Assembly: GCA_036172245.1 (NCBI GenBank) | Contig: JAYWIR010000025.1 | Location: 1,736,001-1,800,000 of the forward strand | Direction: 5' to 3' | DNA length: 64,000 nucleotides | DNA from: Raillietiella orientalis | Lineage: Eukaryota | In this document: in pieces, positions 61,201 through 64,000 of the stretch | Numbering within the stretch: the first letter of the stretch is position 1 | How the letters are laid out: every line of letters begins with the position of its first letter | Translations under genes and position numbers: made by a program | The notes under the pieces: generated by a model | Told to the model about the DNA's origin: nothing | The model's database searches: none | Seen by the model: the letters and a program-made list of their open reading frames with translations, nothing else

Positions 61201-63364
61201 GCCAGTGGATTTCCCGGAGCCCTTTGCGACCGACAACTCCGGCGCGATCGCCAGGGTTGAGGTACAGCCCAGAGGGTTCCGCACTCCGGTTCATGTCTTC
61301 CGGGATCTTCTTGTGAGATACCTGGCCTTCGACTTTGACGGGAACATCGCCATCTGCGAGGTCAACGTCACTATTGAAGGTCTGTCTGCTGACCATACCT
61401 CTCCCTCCCTTCCCGGGGAAGCCGCACGAGTTCTCGTTCCTCTCTCCCCTCAGATACATCTCCTCCCGTGCTCTCGTGTCCCGACAGCTACGTGGTCCAG
61501 CTGTCCGATCAGCTGGACAGCTACGAGGTGCGGTTCACAGAAGTTCTCGATCAGGTGTCCGCTGTTGACGACTCGCCCGGTCCCGTCAACGTCACCTTCC
61601 TCCCGGAAGCATCCAGCATACCCGTGGGGTCGTTTGAAAACGTCACCGTCGTAGCGACTGATGTCCACGGCAATGAGGCGAGATGCCACTTCCAGGCAAG
61701 AAATAGTGTGGGACTCTGGGGAAGAACGGGAGGGGAGGAAGAGGAGCAATTGGTAACCAACAGCACTCTGTCTGCGTGGGTAGGTCGCTGTGCGAGCCCA
61801 GCAGTGCAAGGATTGGGACATAAAGCCTCCGGCCAACGGCAACGTCAACTGCCTGGTCGACGAGGACGGGAAGGGATTGAATTGTCTGATCACCTGCAAC
61901 CCGGGCTTCGTGTTCACCGACAGAGAACCCGTCAAGGCATTCTCTTGCCTGGAGAACGGACCTTGGGTGCCGTCCCGCAATGTGCCGGACTGCGTGAAAG
62001 AAGGTGAGGCGTTCCCAAGCCGTGTTTCCGCTTTTCGAACTCCTCCGTCCAGACAATGAGCTGGCCAACTACGACGTGGTGGCTTCGGTTATGTACCGTG
62101 CCAACGGCGTGATTTCGCCCACCTGCATCCCGATGTACCAAGAACACCTCAGCCAGTATTATGGGAACCTGGGCGCTCTCTTGTCCCAAAGATGTTCCGC
62201 CATCAACGTCGCCATGAACGTCACTTTCCTGGCTGCCGGGATCAACCTGCAAGGCGAAAACATCCTGCAAGTAAGAGAATGGAATTTTTTTTTTTTTAGA
62301 AGGTGGGGGAGGGGGAGCTGCTTGTTCAACCGATTCTAATTCTTCCTCCTTCGCAGATCAACTTCGTCCTGAGAGTGACACCCGAGGTCAAGCAGTCGGT
62401 CATCTACGAAATATGCGGCTCCACTCTGGGACTGATCTTCGACTTGAGCGTCCCCTCCACGGGCTTCGTCATCGACCCTCTACTGAACGTCAGCGCCGTG
62501 GGCAACCAGTGCCCTCCCTTGAGAGCGATCAAATCGGATATATCTAGGGGGTTCACCTGCAGCGTCGGGGAGGTGCTTACCTCTGGAGACCCCCAAAGGG
62601 GATCCATATCGATTTGCCGTGAGTGTTCCGCGCTGATGCCTGGCTGCTACCGGCAACGTTTCTCTCTTTCCCTCCCTGCCTCTTCTGAAAAGTGCACTGT
62701 CCCGCTGGCTCCTACGCCGAGGACCAAAAATCCTGCGCTCTGTGTCCCAGGGGAACGTACCAGGACGAAATCAAGCAGTCGGAGTGCAAGATCTGCCCTA
62801 CTGGTACTTATATCTGCGGTGATTCCCTTTGACCTTCGGCATCAACTTCGTATCAGGTTCCTACACGGCCGATACAGGAAGCAAATCCATCCGGGACTGC
62901 GTTCCCGTGTGCGGTTACGGGACCTACTCTCCCACAGGTCTGGTGCCTTGCCTGTCATGTCCCTTGAACAGCTACACGGAGGAGTACCCCGAGGAAGGCT
63001 TTAAGGAATGCCAGCAGTGCCCCACGAACATGTACACGTATCTCACGGGAACCGCCTCGAGGTCGCTTTGCAGAGGCAAGTCGGGGCGGGCGGGGGAGAC
63101 CAGCAGCTCCGTCGGGGGAGAGGCTCACGCGCGAACTGCATCTTTCAGCGAAGTGCTCTCCTGGTCACTACTCCAGCACGGGACTGGAACCTTGCCATAC
63201 TTGCCCGCCGAACACGTACCAGCACTCAGAAGGACAGAAAACCTGCTGGGAATGCTCTCCGCTGCACCGGACGGCTTCGGCGGGAGCGGTGAGCGATCAG
63301 CAGTGCGAGCCAGTGGGTTGCCAAGGGCTGACCTGCCTTAACGGTGGCATCTGCGTGGCGCAAG
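19103..63364 (+). CDS. uif: uninflatable (uif)-like multidomain protein, 32 coding exons traced, 3'-incomplete
   Basis: Manually spliced GT/GC-AG exons give one stop-free frame of 6172 nt with consistent phases. The order CTL-LDLa-3xCUB-sushi-EGF-FA58C-EGF-sushi-FA58C-HYR-HYR-sushi-GCC2/3-EGF is characteristic of arthropod Uif, as are peptides such as [16 protein letters not shown] and [15 protein letters not shown]. Confidence 0.93.
21000..24000 (+). mobile_element. Possible degenerate LINE relic
   Basis: RPWFD (~22455), IHPEEF (I...EV-like) and [15 protein letters not shown] (D..KAFD.V-like) in LINE order. Confidence 0.3.
25281..25500 (+). pseudogene. NUMT: mitochondrial 12S (small subunit) rRNA fragment
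   Basis: Abrupt AT-rich block. GTGCCAGCGGTAGCGGTTAAAC (25346-25367) matches the 530-loop motif, and AAAATAGAATTAGGTGCTCTAATAT (~25467-25491) resembles the conserved 12S AAACTAGGATTAGATACCCTATTAT, in the correct order. Confidence 0.8.
25630..25844 (+). repeat. Dispersed repeat A, copy 1
   Basis: Aligns by eye with 28572-28802; a 35-nt block is identical (25727-25761 = 28684-28718). Confidence 0.9.
28140..28442 (+). other. AT-rich, coding-like insert of unknown (possibly foreign) origin
   Basis: Sharp compositional shift. Two overlapping frames read ...[24 protein letters not shown] and ...[24 protein letters not shown]; no family recognised. Confidence 0.45.
28572..28802 (+). repeat. Dispersed repeat A, copy 2 (with an expanded GT microsatellite)
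   Basis: Direct-orientation match to 25630-25844. Confidence 0.9.
30986..31110 (+). CDS. uif: uif exon 2, start of C-type lectin ([31 protein letters not shown])
   Basis: CxxxW...CY..F....W..A...C lectin motif; donor CAG|GTGAGA. The 5' boundary is less certain (alternative acceptor ending 31028). Confidence 0.82.
33115..33296 (+). CDS. uif: uif exon 3, C-type lectin (YWIGL)
   Basis: tttcag acceptor, YWIGL motif, G|GTAA donor. Confidence 0.92.
33518..33658 (+). CDS. uif: uif exon 4, end of C-type lectin
   Basis: [12 protein letters not shown]...W...CE..FPFVC; canonical splice sites. Confidence 0.92.
37282..37511 (+). CDS. uif: uif exon 5, LDLa and start of CUB1
   Basis: [24 protein letters not shown]...C.W; canonical splice sites. 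Confidence 0.94.
37871..38224 (+). CDS. uif: uif exon 6, end of CUB1 and start of CUB2
   Basis: [10 protein letters not shown]...[19 protein letters not shown]...SPGYP. Confidence 0.93.
38276..38474 (+). CDS. uif: uif exon 7, end of CUB2
   Basis: [12 protein letters not shown]...[15 protein letters not shown]; follows a 51-nt intron. Confidence 0.92.
39010..39179 (+). CDS. uif: uif exon 8, N-half of CUB3
   Basis: [36 protein letters not shown] donor. Confidence 0.92.
39500..40700 (+). mobile_element. Degenerate RTE-like LINE, 3' portion
   Basis: ANDFLFFS (ADD-like), KDEIR...PFSQL, LHRW.., GKVG...RKRW resemble RTE RT and C-terminal motifs in order. Confidence 0.5.
40900..43700 (+). mobile_element. 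Degenerate RTE-like LINE relic (endonuclease and RT)
   Basis: Decayed motifs in LINE order: IPT..DDEK and LVGLWDLDA (APE YAPT/GDFNA-like), [16 protein letters not shown] (QG..LSP.LF-like, ~42730), DLGGI (YLG-like, ~43205). Boundaries approximate. Confidence 0.5.
47741..47909 (+). CDS. uif: uif exon 9, C-half of CUB3
   Basis: VFDGSND...[18 protein letters not shown]. Confidence 0.92.
47963..48142 (+). CDS. uif: uif exon 10, sushi/CCP
   Basis: DCLP...[12 protein letters not shown]...CMLGGEW...PNCQ. Confidence 0.9.
48207..48389 (+). CDS. uif: uif exon 11, sushi/CCP
   Basis: [11 protein letters not shown]...YQCYAGF...C...W...PTC. Confidence 0.94.
48489..48671 (+). CDS. uif: uif exon 12, sushi/CCP
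   Basis: QCLPLP...[13 protein letters not shown]...C...GSWS..PTC. Confidence 0.93.
48744..48920 (+). CDS. uif: uif exon 13, sushi/CCP
   Basis: [10 protein letters not shown]...YGD...QCYRGF...ITC...PTC. Confidence 0.93.
53965..54167 (+). CDS. uif: uif exon 14, Ca-binding EGF and start of FA58C
   Basis: DVNEC...[19 protein letters not shown]. Confidence 0.94.
55255..55422 (+). CDS. uif: uif exon 15, FA58C/discoidin
   Basis: RLNSPQGWC...WIMFDL...RGFRT. Confidence 0.92.
55475..55621 (+). CDS. uif: uif exon 16, FA58C
   Basis: YSDDL...PIEARYFKF; weak donor CAG|GTTCCT. Confidence 0.88.
55890..56008 (+). CDS. uif: uif exon 17, end of FA58C and start of EGF
   Basis: [25 protein letters not shown]. 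Confidence 0.92.
56054..56246 (+). CDS. uif: uif exon 18, end of EGF and start of sushi
   Basis: [14 protein letters not shown]...NKTCVPKTC...PENG; follows a 45-nt intron. Confidence 0.92.
56580..56726 (+). repeat. Dispersed repeat B, copy 1
   Basis: Collinear match to 59103-59249, e.g. cccctccatccccga.cggtca..cgtcccctct.gag and tgcggaaggtt.ggga. Confidence 0.9.
59103..59249 (+). repeat. Dispersed repeat B, copy 2
   Basis: Direct-orientation match to 56580-56726, in the same intron. Confidence 0.9.
59306..59429 (+). CDS. uif: uif exon 19, end of sushi
   Basis: [13 protein letters not shown]...C...[10 protein letters not shown]. Confidence 0.93.
59484..59689 (+). CDS. uif: uif exon 20, sushi-like
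   Basis: AEC...NVTFTC...[17 protein letters not shown]. Confidence 0.92.
59752..59918 (+). CDS. uif: uif exon 21, sushi
   Basis: CERVDCGQP...[16 protein letters not shown]. Confidence 0.92.
59991..60102 (+). CDS. uif: uif exon 22, sushi junction
   Basis: [24 protein letters not shown]. Confidence 0.93.
60401..60673 (+). CDS. uif: uif exon 23, end of sushi and start of second FA58C
   Basis: [35 protein letters not shown]. Confidence 0.93.
60738..61053 (+). CDS. uif: uif exon 24, end of second FA58C
   Basis: [15 protein letters not shown]...QARFV...[10 protein letters not shown]; weak AAG acceptor. Confidence 0.9.
61128..61379 (+). CDS. uif: uif exon 25, HYR domain
   Basis: DNEAP...CP...P.ATDNSG...Y.AFD..GN...C...V. 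Confidence 0.92.
61454..61695 (+). CDS. uif: uif exon 26, HYR domain (GC donor)
   Basis: DTSPP.LSCP...[15 protein letters not shown]; donor CAG|GCAAG. Confidence 0.88.
61784..62003 (+). CDS. uif: uif exon 27, sushi
   Basis: [12 protein letters not shown]...TCNPGF...W...VPDCV. Confidence 0.91.
62053..62270 (+). CDS. uif: uif exon 28, linker region
   Basis: ANYDV...[11 protein letters not shown]; phase-consistent after a 49-nt intron. Confidence 0.9.
62357..62618 (+). CDS. uif: uif exon 29, linker into Cys-rich region
   Basis: [14 protein letters not shown]...GNQCPPLRA...[10 protein letters not shown]. Confidence 0.9.
62693..62803 (+). CDS. uif: uif exon 30, GCC2/GCC3 (ephrin-receptor-like) Cys repeat
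   Basis: HCPAGSY...[11 protein letters not shown]...C..CP. Confidence 0.9.
62857..63075 (+). CDS. uif: uif exon 31, GCC2/GCC3 repeats (GC donor)
   Basis: [22 protein letters not shown]; donor AG|GCAAGT. Confidence 0.9.
63149..63364 (+). CDS. uif: uif exon 32, GCC2/GCC3 repeat and start of EGF; gene continues beyond the window
   Basis: [28 protein letters not shown]; donor AG|GTAAAT. Confidence 0.9.
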
Positions 63365-64000
63365 GTAAATAAGGTTGCTGACGCCAAGACCGAGGTGCAT
63401 TTCTTCCGTCACATTCGCCATTCTTTCCTTTTCCTTCTTCCTTTTGACCCGTCGGAAAAGAGTCAAGAGGACTTCCGGCGTGTCCTGTGATCACGAAGCC
63501 GCATGCCTGAAATGGATGGAGCATCTCGAAGACTAGCTTCCCGAGACGCATCGAACGCGAGCGTGCTTCCTGGACCGCGAACATCCCCCCCTTCCCGCCC
63601 ACCCCGGCTTCCACTCTTCTTTCTGAGCTCCGAGTGCCTTTCTCTTGGCGCCACCGCTCGAGGAGCCACTCGGGAGAAAGCGCGAGCGCTTTGGTGACGA
63701 CTGCGATGCTCCGTTCAGCCTCTTTGAAGCAGCCCCCTTTCGCGTCAGAACGCCAGTCCGTAGCCAAACAGGCCGTTTCCATAGGTCGCCTGCTCGCCTT
63801 GGCGCCTCCTCCTCCGTGCCCCTTGAGTTTTGCTTGAGATGCAACGCTCCATTCTATCGAATCCGGGGAGCGTTCGGAGCTCGCCCGGGAGGTTAAACGG
63901 ATCGTGAGACGAGCGTTCTGGGAGCGAAGGAAAAGAAAGGGAGCGACTCTTTTTTTTTCCTTTTCTTTCTTTCGCGGGGTTCCTGCACCCGAAAAGCTGC

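Overview
Eukaryotic, most likely arthropod, genomic DNA. One large + strand gene dominates: an ortholog of uninflatable (uif), a giant extracellular/transmembrane multidomain protein. I traced 32 coding exons by hand from an ATG at 19103 to 63364 (6172 nt, about 2057 codons). All splice phases are consistent. Domain order: signal peptide, C-type lectin, LDLa, 3 CUB, 4 sushi, EGF, FA58C, EGF, several sushi, FA58C, 2 HYR, sushi, linker, GCC2/GCC3-type Cys repeats, EGF. The gene continues past the window. Intron sizes are bimodal (19 introns of 45-99 nt; the longest is 11.8 kb) and two introns have GC donors. The upstream 18 kb and the long introns hold heavily decayed retroelement relics (RTE and other LINEs, probable Gypsy/DIRS), all low-to-moderate confidence. 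Three short AT-rich foreign-looking inserts stand out: a mitochondrial 12S rRNA fragment, an unidentified coding-like fragment and a low-complexity tract. The first two each end about 130 bp upstream of a copy of the same repeat. Most ORF-track entries are spurious.
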